DNA of 64,000 nucleotides, taken from an uncultured Solirubrobacteraceae bacterium (GTDB taxonomy: Bacteria > Actinomycetota > Thermoleophilia > Solirubrobacterales > Solirubrobacteraceae). Of the stretch, positions 1 through 10,588 are shown one piece after another. The notes below the pieces were generated by a model. That model searched no databases and was not told the DNA's origin. It worked only from the letters and a program-made list of their open reading frames with translations. Location of the stretch: contig CAZPQW010000002.1 in assembly GCA_964588985.1 (NCBI GenBank), forward strand, positions 175,508 to 239,507. Reading direction: 5' to 3'. Numbering within the stretch: the stretch's first letter is position 1; each line of letters opens with the position of its first letter. The position numbers and the translations under genes were made by a program.

Positions 1-755
1 CACACCTCGCCCGACCCGCCGACGCCGACGAGCATCTGGCGCAGCCCCTGGACCTCGTACGTGAGCGGGTTCACGCGTGCGACCACGTGCAGCCAGCCGG
101 GCATCAGGCTCAGCGGATAGAGCGCGCTGGAGGCGAAGAACAGCGGCATCATGATCAGCTGCCCGATGCCCATGAAGCGCTCGCGCTCCTTCACCGCGGC
201 GGCGAGCAGCATCGACATGCACGCGAACGCGGCCGTGCCGAGCATCAGCATCGCGAGCGTCCCGAGGATCCCGCCGACGTTCCAGCGCACGCCGATCCCG
301 GCGACCGCGAGCACGACGAGCAGCAGCAGCGCCTGCACGAGCGCACGCACGCACGCGCCGGCTGCCTTGCCGAGCACGATCGAGCTGCGCGACAGGGGGG
401 TGGCGAGCAGCCGCTGGAGCTGGCCGACATCGCGCTCCCAGATCACCGACAGGCCGTAGAAGATCGCGATGAACATCGCCGCCTGCGCCATCACGCCGGG
501 GGCGAGGTAGGCGCGGTAGTCGGAGGTGCCAGCCGTGAGCGCGCTGTTGTGCTGCAGCGCGGTGCCGAAGATGAACAGCCACAAAAGCGGCTGCACCGAG
601 CGGGTGACGATGTCGAGGTGGTCGTGGCGGAGCTTTCGCATCTCCGCCTGCGCCATCGCGAGGGTGCCCTCGACCATCCGCGAGACGGGGCCCTGGACGA
701 GCGCCTGCGGGCGCTCAACCGAGACGGCGGGCGACGCTGCGCTGGGCGCGGACAT
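1..755 (-). CDS. ABC-2 type transporter permease (C-terminus runs off window)
   Basis: Manual translation from ATG at 755: MSAPSAAS...RSVQPLLWLFIFG...YLAPGVMAQ...IWERDVG...MPLFFASSALYPLSLMPGWL..VNPLTY; overlaps the ATPase stop; absent from the ORF track because it is truncated. Confidence 0.9.
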   Translation of the reverse strand, partial: MSAPSAASPAVSVERPQALVQGPVSRMVEGTLAMAQAEMRKLRHDHLDIVTRSVQPLLWLFIFGTALQHNSALTAGTSDYRAYLAPGVMAQAAMFIAIFYGLSVIWERDVGQLQRLLATPLSRSSIVLGKAAGACVRALVQALLLLVVLAVAGIGVRWNVGGILGTLAMLMLGTAAFACMSMLLAAAVKERERFMGIGQLIMMPLFFASSALYPLSLMPGWLHVVARVNPLTYEVQGLRQMLVGVGGSGEV

Positions 756-1527
756 CGGCGAGCCTCCCTTCCTCGTCGTCCTCGTGCTCTGCGATCGGCC
801 GGCCGGTGACGGCGCTGAAGACGTCTTCGAGGCTGTCCGCGCCGTGGCGCTCGAGCAGCTCGGCGGGCTCGCCCTGCTCGACCAGCCGTCCGCGGTCGAT
901 CACCGCGAGGCGGTCGCAGTGGCGCTCGGCCTCCTCCATCAGGTGGGTGGTGACGAGGATCGTGGTTCCGGCCTGCTCGCGCAGCGCTCCGAGGCGCTCC
1001 CACACCATCGTGCGCGCGTTCGGGTCCAGGCCCACGGTTGGCTCGTCGAGGAACAGCACCTTCGGGCGGTTGAGCAGGGCGCTGGCGATCTCCAGGCGGC
1101 GCAGCATCCCGCCGGAGAGCGTGCGCGCGAGACGCTCGAGCATCGGCTCCAGCTCCATCGTCTCGACGACCTCCGCGATCCGCTCGCGCCGCGCGCGGCG
1201 CGGCACGCCGCTCACTCGCCCGTAGAAGTCGAGGTTCTCATACGCGGTGAGCGCGCCGTCGACGGAGATCGCCTGCGGGATGTAGCCGATCGACGCGCGC
1301 ACCGCGAGGGAGTCGCGGCTGACGTCATAGCCGGCGACGAGCGCGCGCCCCTCGCTCGGCGCGAGCAGCGTCGTGAGCACGCGGATCGTGGTGGTCTTGC
1401 CCGCGCCGTTGGGACCGAGTAGGCCAAACACCTCGCCGGGGGCGACCGCGAAGGAGACGCCGCCGACGGCTTCGAGGTCGTCGAAGCGCACGACGAGGCC
1501 GTCGACGAGAACCGCGGGGGAGCTCAC
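715..1527 (-). CDS. ABC transporter ATP-binding protein (DrrA-like)
   Basis: Walker A GPNGAGKTT, LSGGM signature, LFLDEPT Walker B; GTG start at 1527 overlaps the MerR stop. Confidence 0.95.
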   Translation of the reverse strand: MSSPAVLVDGLVVRFDDLEAVGGVSFAVAPGEVFGLLGPNGAGKTTTIRVLTTLLAPSEGRALVAGYDVSRDSLAVRASIGYIPQAISVDGALTAYENLDFYGRVSGVPRRARRERIAEVVETMELEPMLERLARTLSGGMLRRLEIASALLNRPKVLFLDEPTVGLDPNARTMVWERLGALREQAGTTILVTTHLMEEAERHCDRLAVIDRGRLVEQGEPAELLERHGADSLEDVFSAVTGRPIAEHEDDEEGRLADVRAQRSVARRLG

Positions 1528-2000
1528 GCCTGCCCGCTGAGCTCGAGGGAGGCTTCGCGCAGCTTTCGCTTCACCCGCTTGCGCGTGTCGCACAGCTCCT
1601 GCTCCAGCTTCGCCAGCTCCGAGGCGCGGTGGCGGACGAGCTCGAGCTGGCGGTCGATGTGGCCGAGCGCCTCGCCGAGCAGCTCGCGGCGGCGCGGAGC
1701 GTCGACGTCGTCGCGCCTGAGCTGCGCACGCACCTCCGCGCGCGCCTCCTCAGCGGTGAGCAGCGTCTTCAGCTCCTCCAGGGTGACGCCGAGCAGGTGC
1801 TTCAAGCGCATCACCTCGCGCAGCCGCTCGACCTCCTCCTGCGTGTAGATGCGGTGCTGGCCGGAGGGGCGCGCGGACGCCTCGGGGAGCAGTCCGATCT
1901 CCTCGTAGTAGCGGATCGTGCGCGGCGTGGTGCCCGCGAGTCGGGCGACGTCGCCGATGCGCAGGCCCTCGCGAGGGGCGGGTGGGGTGGGGGGGCTCAT
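1524..2000 (-). CDS. MerR-family transcriptional regulator
   Basis: C-terminal part of ORF 1524..3434; LRIGDVARLAGTTPRTIRYYEEIGLL...HRIY; ATG at 2000 overlaps the MFS stop. Confidence 0.93.
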   Translation of the reverse strand: MSPPTPPAPREGLRIGDVARLAGTTPRTIRYYEEIGLLPEASARPSGQHRIYTQEEVERLREVMRLKHLLGVTLEELKTLLTAEEARAEVRAQLRRDDVDAPRRRELLGEALGHIDRQLELVRHRASELAKLEQELCDTRKRVKRKLREASLELSGQA

Positions 2001-3520
2001 CGCGTCGGCGCGGGGAGCGCGACCCCGTCCTCCGAGCCGGACTGCACATGGGAGGGACGCAGCAGGCAGACGAACACGCCCACGAACGAGACCGCGGCGA
2101 GCACCCACAGCGCGGCGTGCATGTTGGCGATGAACGGCGCTAGCTTCGCCGCGGAGAGGCCCTTGGTGACGCCTGAGAAGATCGCGAACAGCGTCGCTTT
2201 GGGGATGGCGGAGGTGACGACCGCCATCACGAACGCGATCGACAGGACCGCGCCGGTGTTCTGCAGCAGCGTGCGCGCGCCGGCCGCGATCCCGCGCCGG
2301 TGCGCGGGCACGACGCCCATCATGGCGGCGGTGTTGGGGCTGTTGAACATCCCCGAGCCGGCCCCAACGAAGAGGAGCCACAGGGCGCTCTGCCAGTAGG
2401 CGGTGTGGACCTGCAGCGTCGTCATCGCGGCGAGGCCGACGGCGCTGACCAGCATGCCGATCGCGGCGAGCGCGCGCGAGCCGTGGCGGTCGGCGTAGAT
2501 GCCCGCGATCGGGGAGGCGACGAGCATTCCGAGCGCGAGCGGGATCAGCTTGATGCCGGCCGTGATCGGGGTGTTGCCCTGGGCGCCCTGGTAGTAGAAG
2601 ACGAACAGGAACATCAGCGCGAAGCGGGCGAGGCCGTTGATGAACGCGGCGGCGCTGGCGGCGGCGAACAGGCGGTTGCGGAACAGCCCGAGGTCGAGCA
2701 TCGGCGCGCGCGAGCGGCGCTCGATGAGCACCCACAGCGGCAGCAGCACGGCGGCCGCTGTGAGCCCGACGATCACGATCGTGTCGTTCCAGCCGCTGAG
2801 CCCGCCGCGCGAAACGCCGAGCACGAGGCCCGTGAGGCCGATCACGAACGTGGTCGTGCCGAGCACGTCGTAGCCGCGCACGGAGTCCGGTTTGGCGAGC
2901 TCGCGCAGGATCAGCGCGCCCCACGCGGCGCCCGCGAGCGCGAACGGCACGTTGAACCAGAACACCCAGTGCCACGAGATCGCCACGAGCGCGCCGCCGA
3001 GCACCGGGCCGAGCACGAGCCCGACCGCCGCGACCATCGTGTTCGCGCCCATCGCCAGGCCCAGCTGCTCGTGCGGGAAGGCGTCGGTGACGAGCGCCGC
3101 GGCGTTCGCGAACAGGAACGCCGAGCCGATGCCCTGCAGGACCCGCCACACGATCAGCACCGTCGCGTCGCCCGAGAAGCCCGCGCCGAGCGACGCGAGC
3201 GCGAACGCCACGAAACCGCCCACGTAGGCGCGCTTGCGCCCGAACAGGTCGCTCAGGCGACCGGCCATCAGCACGAGCACGGTCGCGGCTATGAGGTAGG
3301 CGAGGATCACCCACACGAGCGCTAGCAGGCTCGCGTGCAGCGAGCGCTCGAGGTCGGGCAGCGCGATGATCAGCGTGCCCGAGTTGGTGGCCGCGAGCAG
3401 CATCCCCAGACTCGTGCAGGAGAGCGCCCACCACTTGTAGTTCTCATGCCCCGCGGCAACACCGAAACGCGACCCGAGATCTCTATCAGAGGTCTTTGGA
3501 CGCTGTGCTGTGACGCTCAT
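1997..3520 (-). CDS. MFS drug:H+ antiporter (DHA2, 14-TM type)
   Basis: GRLSDLFGRKR motif A, RVLQGIG, GPVLGG, WHWVFWFNVP. Confidence 0.93.
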   Translation of the reverse strand: MSVTAQRPKTSDRDLGSRFGVAAGHENYKWWALSCTSLGMLLAATNSGTLIIALPDLERSLHASLLALVWVILAYLIAATVLVLMAGRLSDLFGRKRAYVGGFVAFALASLGAGFSGDATVLIVWRVLQGIGSAFLFANAAALVTDAFPHEQLGLAMGANTMVAAVGLVLGPVLGGALVAISWHWVFWFNVPFALAGAAWGALILRELAKPDSVRGYDVLGTTTFVIGLTGLVLGVSRGGLSGWNDTIVIVGLTAAAVLLPLWVLIERRSRAPMLDLGLFRNRLFAAASAAAFINGLARFALMFLFVFYYQGAQGNTPITAGIKLIPLALGMLVASPIAGIYADRHGSRALAAIGMLVSAVGLAAMTTLQVHTAYWQSALWLLFVGAGSGMFNSPNTAAMMGVVPAHRRGIAAGARTLLQNTGAVLSIAFVMAVVTSAIPKATLFAIFSGVTKGLSAAKLAPFIANMHAALWVLAAVSFVGVFVCLLRPSHVQSGSEDGVALPAPTR

Positions 3521-3551
3521 CTCGGTGCTCCCACGGTGCGTTGTGTAAAAA

Positions 3552-3567
3552 CTGACGTGAACGTAAG
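3552..3567. promoter_or_regulatory. Putative MerR-type operator dyad
   Basis: CTGACGTGAACGTAAG imperfect palindrome in AT-rich DNA just upstream of the MFS-merR-ABC operon. Confidence 0.55.
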
Positions 3568-3630
3568 GATTAAGATGTTAGCACGGGTCGGTGGGCGCTC
3601 CGGCGGGCGCGGAGTGCTAAAACGTGCGTC

Positions 3631-4050
3631 ATGTCCTCAGACGGGCCGAACGTCGTGAAGTCCGACAGCGAGTGGCGCGAGCAGCTCACGCCGGAGCAGT
3701 ACGAGGTGCTGCGCAAGGCCGGCACCGAGGCGCCGTTCACGGGCGAGTACGTCTACAACAAGGACTCCGGCGACTACCGCTGCGCGGCCTGCGACGCGGT
3801 GCTGTTCACGGCTGAGACGAAGTTCGACTCCGGCACTGGCTGGCCGAGCTTCACCGAGCCGGCGGTCGCCGAAGCGGTCGAGCTGCGCCCCGACAACAGC
3901 CTGTTCATGCGCCGCACCGAGGTCGTGTGCCGCAACTGCGGCGGGCACCTCGGCCACGTCTTCGACGACGGGCCCGGCCCGACCGGACAGCGCTACTGCA
4001 TCAACTCCGCCGCGCTGGCGTTCCAGCCCGCGGACGGCTCCTCCGAGTAG
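3631..4050 (+). CDS. msrB: Peptide-methionine (R)-S-oxide reductase
   Basis: GTEAPFTG, Cxx[28 protein letters not shown]. Confidence 0.97.
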   Translation: MSSDGPNVVKSDSEWREQLTPEQYEVLRKAGTEAPFTGEYVYNKDSGDYRCAACDAVLFTAETKFDSGTGWPSFTEPAVAEAVELRPDNSLFMRRTEVVCRNCGGHLGHVFDDGPGPTGQRYCINSAALAFQPADGSSE

Positions 4051-4063
4051 CCTTCACGCTCCG

Positions 4064-4378
4064 ATGGTGATGTTCGAACAGTCGCGCCGCCTGTCCGAGC
4101 CGCTGCGCTGGGGCCGACGCGAGAAGACCGCGCTGGCCGTGGTGCTCAGCGCGCTGGCGATCTGCCTCGCGGCGCTCGGCGTCTACGCCGCCACGACCGG
4201 CGCACCGGCCCGCGCGGACTGCGTGACCGTGACGTTCGCGAGCACGCTCGGCGGCGCCGAAATGCACGCGTGCGGCTCCAAAGCGAAGCTCCTGTGCGCC
4301 TCCGGCGCGCACCGCCCGATCGCGCCGCAGCTGAGCGTGGCCTGCCGCAAAGCGGGCTTCCCGTTCGGCGCCGGCTAG
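4064..4378 (+). CDS. Hypothetical membrane-anchored Cys-containing protein
   Basis: One TM helix, four spaced Cys, 13 bp after msrB. Confidence 0.6.
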   Translation: MVMFEQSRRLSEPLRWGRREKTALAVVLSALAICLAALGVYAATTGAPARADCVTVTFASTLGGAEMHACGSKAKLLCASGAHRPIAPQLSVACRKAGFPFGAG

Positions 4379-4421
4379 CGGCCTTCCGCCATCCGGAAGG
4401 ACTCCGGAGAGCGTTGTCGAC

Positions 4422-4447
4422 GGCGTCTAGACAAATGTCTAAACGCC
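4422..4447. promoter_or_regulatory. 26-bp palindromic operator upstream of amt
   Basis: GGCGTCTAGACA-AA-TGTCTAAACGCC, one mismatch between arms. Confidence 0.55.
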
Positions 4448-4585
4448 CCGGCCAAGTGTTAGCCACGGTGGCCCTACCCGCGTTCGACGATGCCGGATTT
4501 CATACCGGGACTGTCATTGGCGCACGGTGTCCGCTCGGGTTGGGGCGCCGTACGCCACATCTACAACGGTAGGAAATGGAGGCCC

Positions 4586-5989
4586 ATGTCCTGGCTGGCA
4601 TATCCAAGTTGGCTTAACGCAGGTGATAACGCGTGGCAGATGACCGCCGCGACCTTCGTCGGGCTGATGAGCCTGCCGGGCCTGGCGGTCCTGTACGGCG
4701 GCGTCATGCAGAAGCGCTGGTCGGTCAACAGCATGATGCTCACGTTTGTCGCATTCTCCCTCGTCCTCGTGGCGTGGGTGCTGTGGGCGTTCAAGATGGG
4801 CTTCGGCACCCCGATCGGAAGCGGCCACGGCTTCTTCGCGTCGATGTGGGGCAAGTCGGGGACCGTCCTGTCGGCCGGAGCCGAGGAGGGACAGGCGATC
4901 ATTCCGTCGATCACGGAAGGCCCGCCGTTCCACTTCCCGATGGCCTCGCTCGTGTACTTCCAGTTCGTGTTCGCGGGCATCACTCCGATCCTGATGCTGG
5001 GGTCGGTGCTCGGGCGGATCAGCTTCAAGGCGTGGATCCCGTTCGTGCTGCTGTGGATCACGTTCGTGTACACGGTCAACGCGTTCCTGATCTGGGGCGG
5101 TGGCTACTTCGCCTTCCACGGCGCGCTGGACTACTCCGGTGGTTACGTCATCCACCTCGCGGCCGGCATCTCCGGCTTCGTGGCGGCGGCGGTGATCGGA
5201 CCGAGATTGCAACGCGATCGTGAGATCGACGCTCCGAACAACCTGCTGATGGTTGCCTGCGGCGCCGGTCTGCTGTGGCTGGGTTGGAACGGCTTCAACG
5301 GTGGAGACTCCTACTACGCCGGCGCGAACGCGTCCGCGGCGGTCCTCAACACGAACGTCTGCACCGCTGTGGCGATGCTCGTGTGGATCGGGTGGGACTA
5401 CGCCTTCCGCGACAAGCCGTCGCTGATCGGCTCCGTCAACGGCATGATCACGGGGCTGGTTGCGATCACGCCTTCGGCCGGCTTCATCACCGGCTGGGGG
5501 GCGATCTTCGTGGGCATAATCGCCTCGACGATCGTGTGGTTCGCGATTCGGTTCCTCAGCCGAGCGCCGGTGTTCCGAAACGTGGACGACACGCTCGGGG
5601 TGATCTACACCCACGGGATCGCGGGTCTGACCGGTGGTCTGCTGGTCGGGGTGTTCGCCAACCCGAAGGTGGTCGAGTACATCGGCTCGGGCGGCGGCGC
5701 ATCCGACCTGCCCGGCAAAGCCGGAATCATCCACGGCAGCTGGACGCTGCTGCGCTGGCAGGCCGAGGCCGGCGCATGGGTGATCGTGTTCAGCGGCGTG
5801 ATGACGTTCATCCTGCTGAAGCTCGTGGGTATCTTCGTGCCCCTGCGTCTCTCCGACGAGGAGCTCGAGATCGGCGACCACGCGATCCACGGCAACGAGG
5901 TGTACCCGTCGGACGTGCCGACACTCGGCGGTCCCCACGCAGCCGCGTGGCAGCCGGGCTCCGCGGTTCCCGCGGGGGCTGGCGCGTAA
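4586..5989 (+). CDS. amtB: Ammonium transporter (Amt family)
   Basis: GDNAWQM, FQFVFA, DYSGGYVIH, LWLGWNGFNGG, DDTLGVIYTHG; GGAGG RBS before ATG 4586. Confidence 0.95.
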   Translation: MSWLAYPSWLNAGDNAWQMTAATFVGLMSLPGLAVLYGGVMQKRWSVNSMMLTFVAFSLVLVAWVLWAFKMGFGTPIGSGHGFFASMWGKSGTVLSAGAEEGQAIIPSITEGPPFHFPMASLVYFQFVFAGITPILMLGSVLGRISFKAWIPFVLLWITFVYTVNAFLIWGGGYFAFHGALDYSGGYVIHLAAGISGFVAAAVIGPRLQRDREIDAPNNLLMVACGAGLLWLGWNGFNGGDSYYAGANASAAVLNTNVCTAVAMLVWIGWDYAFRDKPSLIGSVNGMITGLVAITPSAGFITGWGAIFVGIIASTIVWFAIRFLSRAPVFRNVDDTLGVIYTHGIAGLTGGLLVGVFANPKVVEYIGSGGGASDLPGKAGIIHGSWTLLRWQAEAGAWVIVFSGVMTFILLKLVGIFVPLRLSDEELEIGDHAIHGNEVYPSDVPTLGGPHAAAWQPGSAVPAGAGA

Positions 5990-6059
5990 GGCAGGGAAGC
6001 CTGCTCTCGACCCGGGCGCGTCCTCCCCACGGACGCGCCCGGCATCGGAGCGAGGGACG

Positions 6060-6094
6060 ACAGCGGCTCCGCCTCGGCGGGGCCGCTGTTCTTT
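6060..6094 (+). terminator. Rho-independent terminator between convergent amt and msrA
   Basis: ACAGCGGCTCCGCC-TC-GGCGGGGCCGCTGT followed by TCTTT; a second GC hairpin at 6012..6042. Confidence 0.65.
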
Positions 6095-6163
6095 AACGGG
6101 CAGGGACTGGCAGGGGCGTCGCGGATCGACCGTGCTGGTTGGTCGACCGCGCGGGGCGGCCGC

Positions 6164-6823
6164 TCAGCTGACGATGCCGACCGGGCAGGACACGCCGGTG
6201 CCGCCGAGGCCGCAGTAGCCGCCGGGGTTCTTGGCGAGGTACTGCTGGTGGTAGTCCTCGGCGTAGTAGAACGGGTGGCTCGCGTCGGTCTCGGCCAGTT
6301 CGGTGGTGATCGTGCCGTGGCCGGCCGCGGAGAGCATCTGCTGGTAGGCGCGAAGCGACGCCTCGGCGGCGGTGCGCTGGGCCTCGCCATGCCACATCAG
6401 CAGCGAGCGGTACTGCGTGCCCTGGTCGTTGCCCTGGCGCATGCCCTGGGTCGGGTCGTGGCCCTCCCAGAAGATCCGCAGCATCTCCGCGTAGCTAGTG
6501 CGCGCGGTGTCGAACGCGACGAGCACCACCTCGGCGTGCCCGGTGTGCCCGCCGCACGTCTCCTCGTAGGTGGGGTTGGGGGTGACGCCGCCCGCGTAGC
6601 CGACCGCGGTGGTGTACACGCCGTCGGCTTCCCAGAACAGCCGCTCGGCGCCCCAGAAGCAGCCCATGCCGAAGATCGCCGTGTCGACGCCCTCGGGGAA
6701 CGGCGGGGTGAGCGGGGTGCCGAGCACCGCATGGCGCTCGGGCACGCGCATCGCCTCGGTGCGCCCGGGCAGGGCGGCGGTGGGGTCCACCATCGCTGTG
6801 TGGTCGCGGCCGAAGAAGCGCAT
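6164..6823 (-). CDS. msrA: Peptide-methionine (S)-S-oxide reductase
   Basis: [39 protein letters not shown]. Confidence 0.97.
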   Translation of the reverse strand: MRFFGRDHTAMVDPTAALPGRTEAMRVPERHAVLGTPLTPPFPEGVDTAIFGMGCFWGAERLFWEADGVYTTAVGYAGGVTPNPTYEETCGGHTGHAEVVLVAFDTARTSYAEMLRIFWEGHDPTQGMRQGNDQGTQYRSLLMWHGEAQRTAAEASLRAYQQMLSAAGHGTITTELAETDASHPFYYAEDYHQQYLAKNPGGYCGLGGTGVSCPVGIVS

Positions 6824-6833
6824 GCCACTGAGG

Positions 6834-8003
6834 CTAGCGCGCGTAGACGGTGAAGAAGTCGCGATCGTCAGGTTCGAGGTACCTGCTGGAGGAGCGGTTC
6901 ATGCTTGGCAGCAGGTTCGCGGGGTGTTCGGCGCCGGGGGCGCCGTAGGTGATGAAGCTGACCCAGAAGGAGTTGATGTCGAGCTCCATCGCGCGTACCG
7001 CGCCGGCGCGGACGAGGGTCTTGGCGAGGCTCTGGACGGTCTGGTTTTCCCCGGCGGCGTAAATCAGGTTGCCGCGCTTGTCCACTCCCACTCCGGAGCG
7101 CCACACGAGGATCGCGTTGCCCACCGTCGCACCCCATTCGGCGGTGTTCGAGACGTTGGCGGTCGTCTTGCCGTCGTTGACGATCAGCGGCAGGTTCTGG
7201 CGGGCGAAGGACACGTTCGCGGGCGCGGTCGCGCCTGCGCTCCAGTCGACCACGTCGACGTTGCCGTTGGCGTAGCCGACGAGTGTGCCCTGCCCGTCGC
7301 GCATCGGCGCGTAGGTGTGGCCGCGCAGCACGAACCCGCCGTGGGAGTCGCTCAGCTTGAAGCCGCTGTTGAAGCTCGCGAGCAGATGCGGGCGTTTGCC
7401 CACGGGGATGTCCATCGTCCCGCGCGGGAGCGACACCGACGGCTCGAGGCGCCCGGCGTGCAGCGCGAGGCGCGTGCGCTTGGTGTCGATCCACGCGACT
7501 CCCGCGACCACGCGCGGGTATTCCGGCTGGTCGCGCAGCGTCGTGACGAGCACCGGCGGGTGGGCTTCGAGGCTCGGCCGGGTCGCGTGCCAGACGCCCT
7601 CGCCCGCCAGGGCTGGGTGCAGCATCGCGTGCACGCGCGCGGGCCGATATTCGCTCGACACGGTGCTCACGGCGCCCGCGACGCCCGCCTGCGGCAGCGC
7701 ACGCAGGGTTGGTCCGCCCTTGCTCGGGGCGGTGAGTGCGTAGTAGGTCGACTCGATCTGCGCCACCAGTCCGGCGGCGCCGTGGTCGCGCAGCCACTCG
7801 ACGCTGCGAATCCCGAAAGGCGAGTTCGACTGCTGGCTGAGCGCGCTGACGAACGAGAACGCGGCGGGAATCAGCGCGATCGTCGCGGCCACGAGCGCGA
7901 TGCGGCGTATGCGACCGAGCAGGCCGATGTCCGGACGCGCCCGCGACGTGGGAAGATGGGGGGAGGTTTGGAGATTGGGCGTAAGCGCGCCGCCGAGGTC
8001 CAT
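6834..8003 (-). CDS. Phosphodiester glycosidase (NAGPA/DUF2233) family exported protein
   Basis: N-terminal TM; FNSGFK, WRSGVG, AMELDIN motifs. Confidence 0.75.
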   Translation of the reverse strand: MDLGGALTPNLQTSPHLPTSRARPDIGLLGRIRRIALVAATIALIPAAFSFVSALSQQSNSPFGIRSVEWLRDHGAAGLVAQIESTYYALTAPSKGGPTLRALPQAGVAGAVSTVSSEYRPARVHAMLHPALAGEGVWHATRPSLEAHPPVLVTTLRDQPEYPRVVAGVAWIDTKRTRLALHAGRLEPSVSLPRGTMDIPVGKRPHLLASFNSGFKLSDSHGGFVLRGHTYAPMRDGQGTLVGYANGNVDVVDWSAGATAPANVSFARQNLPLIVNDGKTTANVSNTAEWGATVGNAILVWRSGVGVDKRGNLIYAAGENQTVQSLAKTLVRAGAVRAMELDINSFWVSFITYGAPGAEHPANLLPSMNRSSSRYLEPDDRDFFTVYAR

Positions 8004-8244
8004 GCGCAGACTGTACGAGCAGGATCGTCGCGCTCCGCCCGGGATTGCGCGATTAAGCGGATTCTAACTAAGAACAATCTCACCGCCAAACGTCATCCAA
8101 CTGCAGTGATAGACACATCGGTGTGGAATCCTTGCCGCGGGTGGGTGGCGGGCTTCCTTTGACCATCGAGCGACGCAACCGGAGGTTTCGAAAATTAACC
8201 CACTCGAGGCAGTCACCGAGGAGCGAGACATCCCGCTGCGGGTC

Positions 8245-9168
8245 GTGAAGGACGAGAGCGCGCTCCATGCGCTGCCCGCTCCGGTTCAACTGCGCCCGGC
8301 AAGCAGGCCGTCCGCGCGGGTGCTGCTTCGCGCGTGCAGGCCGCGCCAGTGGGCGAAGAACCTGCTCGTGCTCGCTGCGCCGTGCGCGGCGGGCGTGATC
8401 GACAGGCCGCTGGTTGCGGCGCAGGTGGCGGGAGCGTTCGTCGTCCTGTGCCTGATCTCGAGCGCGACGTATCTCGTCAACGACGTGCGCGACCGCGAGC
8501 AGGACGTTCTCCATCCACGCAAGCGCCTGCGACCGATCGCCGCGGGGGAGCTTCAGCCGTCGACCGCCCTGCGGATCGCGGGCGTGCTCGCGTTCCTCGG
8601 CATCGCGCTCGCGACCGCGATCGCCCCCGGTCTGGGCGCCGTGGCGGTCGCTTATCTGGCGCTGACCGCGAGCTACTCGCTGTGGCTGCGTCGGGTGGCG
8701 GTGGCGGACGTGCTGGTGATCGCGGCTGGCTTCGTGCTGCGCGCGCTCGCGGGCGGGATCGCGACCGACATCTATCTGTCGCGCTACTTCGTCATCGTCA
8801 CCGCATGCTGCGCGATCTTCCTGGTGGCGGCGAAGCGCTACGCGGAGTTGCGCGAGCAGAACGGATCGACGCCGGCGCGCGCGTCGCTGCGGCGCTACTC
8901 GCTCGGCCACCTGCGTCTCACGCTCGCGGTGTCGGCGAGCCTCGCGGGCGTCGCGTACACGGGCTGGGCGTTCACGCGCCCGAGCCACGTCGTCTGGTAC
9001 GGCCTGTCGATCGCGCCGTTCCTCTTGTGGCTGGGCCGCTACGCGAACCTGATCGGTGCCGGCGCCGGGCAGGCTCCGGAGGAGCTGATCCTGCGCGACA
9101 GGACGCTGCTGGCGCTGAGCTTGGCGTGGGGCGTGCTGTTCGTCGGCGGCGTGTATGTCGGTCGCTGA
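8245..9168 (+). CDS. Polyprenyl-phosphate phosphoribosyltransferase (UbiA family, mycobacterial UbiA-like)
   Basis: RPRQWAKNLLV, YLVNDVRDREQD..HPRKRLRPIAAG, KRYAEL, PEELIL. Confidence 0.9.
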   Translation: MKDESALHALPAPVQLRPASRPSARVLLRACRPRQWAKNLLVLAAPCAAGVIDRPLVAAQVAGAFVVLCLISSATYLVNDVRDREQDVLHPRKRLRPIAAGELQPSTALRIAGVLAFLGIALATAIAPGLGAVAVAYLALTASYSLWLRRVAVADVLVIAAGFVLRALAGGIATDIYLSRYFVIVTACCAIFLVAAKRYAELREQNGSTPARASLRRYSLGHLRLTLAVSASLAGVAYTGWAFTRPSHVVWYGLSIAPFLLWLGRYANLIGAGAGQAPEELILRDRTLLALSLAWGVLFVGGVYVGR

Positions 9169-10588
9169 GGCGACGCGCGGGCGGGCTCGCGCGGTGAGCG
9201 GCGAGCGGTCGCTGTGCGGGTGGGGCAGGACGCGACCCGGCCGCTGTCAGATCGTGCGCCCACGCGGGGCCGAGGAGGTGCTGGAGGCTTTTGACGCGTC
9301 CGCTCGTGGTGGCGGCGGGGTGATCGCGCGCGGCGCGGGGCGCAGCTATGGCGACGCGGCCCAGAACGACGGCGGCGAGGTGCTCGACATGACCGGCCTC
9401 GACCGGATCCTCTCGATCGACCCCGCGAGCGGTCTCGTGAGGGCGCAGGCGGGCGCGACGATCGCCCAGCTGATGGCGCGCCTGGCGGCCCACGGGCTGA
9501 CGGTGCCGGTGGTGCCGGGGACGCGGCACGTGACGCTCGCGGGCGCGATCGCGAGCGACATCCACGGCAAGAACCACCACCGCGACGGGGCCTTCGCGAG
9601 GCACGTGACGTCGATCTCGCTGTGCACCCCGGCGCACGGCCTCGTGGAGGTCACGCCCGAAAGCGACCCCGGGCTGTTCTACGCGACGCTCGGCGGGATG
9701 GGACTGACGGGCGTGGTGCTCGAGGCGACGCTTCACGCGGAGCCGCTGGCCTCGCCGTGGGTGGCGGAGGACGCGGATCGCACCGACGGCCTCGACGAGA
9801 CGCTCGCGCTGTTGAGCGCGGGAGAGGAGCGCCACCGCTACTCGGTCGCGTGGCTCGACCTGCTCGCGGAGGGCTCGAAGATGGGACGCGCGATCGTCAG
9901 CCGCGCCGACGCGCTGCCGGCCGAGCAGCTGAAGCTCCCCTCGCGCGGGCGCGGCGCCGCACGCCACGCCTACCCGGGCGTCCTGTCGCAGCCCCCCGCA
10001 GTCGACGTGCCGCGGGCGTTCCCCGGGGCGCTCCTCCATCCGGCCGCCATACGCGCGTTCAACGCACTGCGCTGGCGTGCGGCGCCGCGACGGGAGCGCA
10101 GCCGTCCGCTGGCGCTCGTGCCGTACTTCTTTCCGCTGGACGTGCTGGGCGAGTGGAACCGGCTGTACGGCAGTGGAGGGCTGATCCAGTACCAGTTCGT
10201 GATCCCCATGGGCGCCGAGGCGACGCTCGTGCGCTGCTTCGAGCTGATGCGCGCCCGCCGGCTGCCGGTGTACCTCGCGGTGTTCAAGCGCTTCGGCGCG
10301 CAGTTCGGCGGTCCGCTGTCGTTCCCGCTCGAGGGCTGGACGCTCGCGGTGGACCTGCCGGCGACGGCCCCCGGCCTGGACGTTGCGCTGCAGGCGCTGG
10401 ACGAGCTGGTCGCGGGGTGCGGCGGGCGGGTGTATCTCACGAAGGACGCGCGCATGCGCGCGGATACGCTGCGTGCCATGTATCCGCTGCTGGAGCGATT
10501 CGAGGCCGAGCGCGAGCGCGTGGACCCCGACGGGGTGCTCCGCTCCGATCTGGCCGTGAGGCTGGGGCTGTGCGGGGAGGCTCGATGA
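9155..10588 (+). CDS. dprE1: DprE1-like FAD-binding oxidoreductase
   Basis: GAGRSYGDAAQN, VPGTRHVT, DIHGKNHH, FPLD, QYQFVIP, GRVYLTKD. Confidence 0.88.
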   Translation: MSVAEATRGRARAVSGERSLCGWGRTRPGRCQIVRPRGAEEVLEAFDASARGGGGVIARGAGRSYGDAAQNDGGEVLDMTGLDRILSIDPASGLVRAQAGATIAQLMARLAAHGLTVPVVPGTRHVTLAGAIASDIHGKNHHRDGAFARHVTSISLCTPAHGLVEVTPESDPGLFYATLGGMGLTGVVLEATLHAEPLASPWVAEDADRTDGLDETLALLSAGEERHRYSVAWLDLLAEGSKMGRAIVSRADALPAEQLKLPSRGRGAARHAYPGVLSQPPAVDVPRAFPGALLHPAAIRAFNALRWRAAPRRERSRPLALVPYFFPLDVLGEWNRLYGSGGLIQYQFVIPMGAEATLVRCFELMRARRLPVYLAVFKRFGAQFGGPLSFPLEGWTLAVDLPATAPGLDVALQALDELVAGCGGRVYLTKDARMRADTLRAMYPLLERFEAERERVDPDGVLRSDLAVRLGLCGEAR

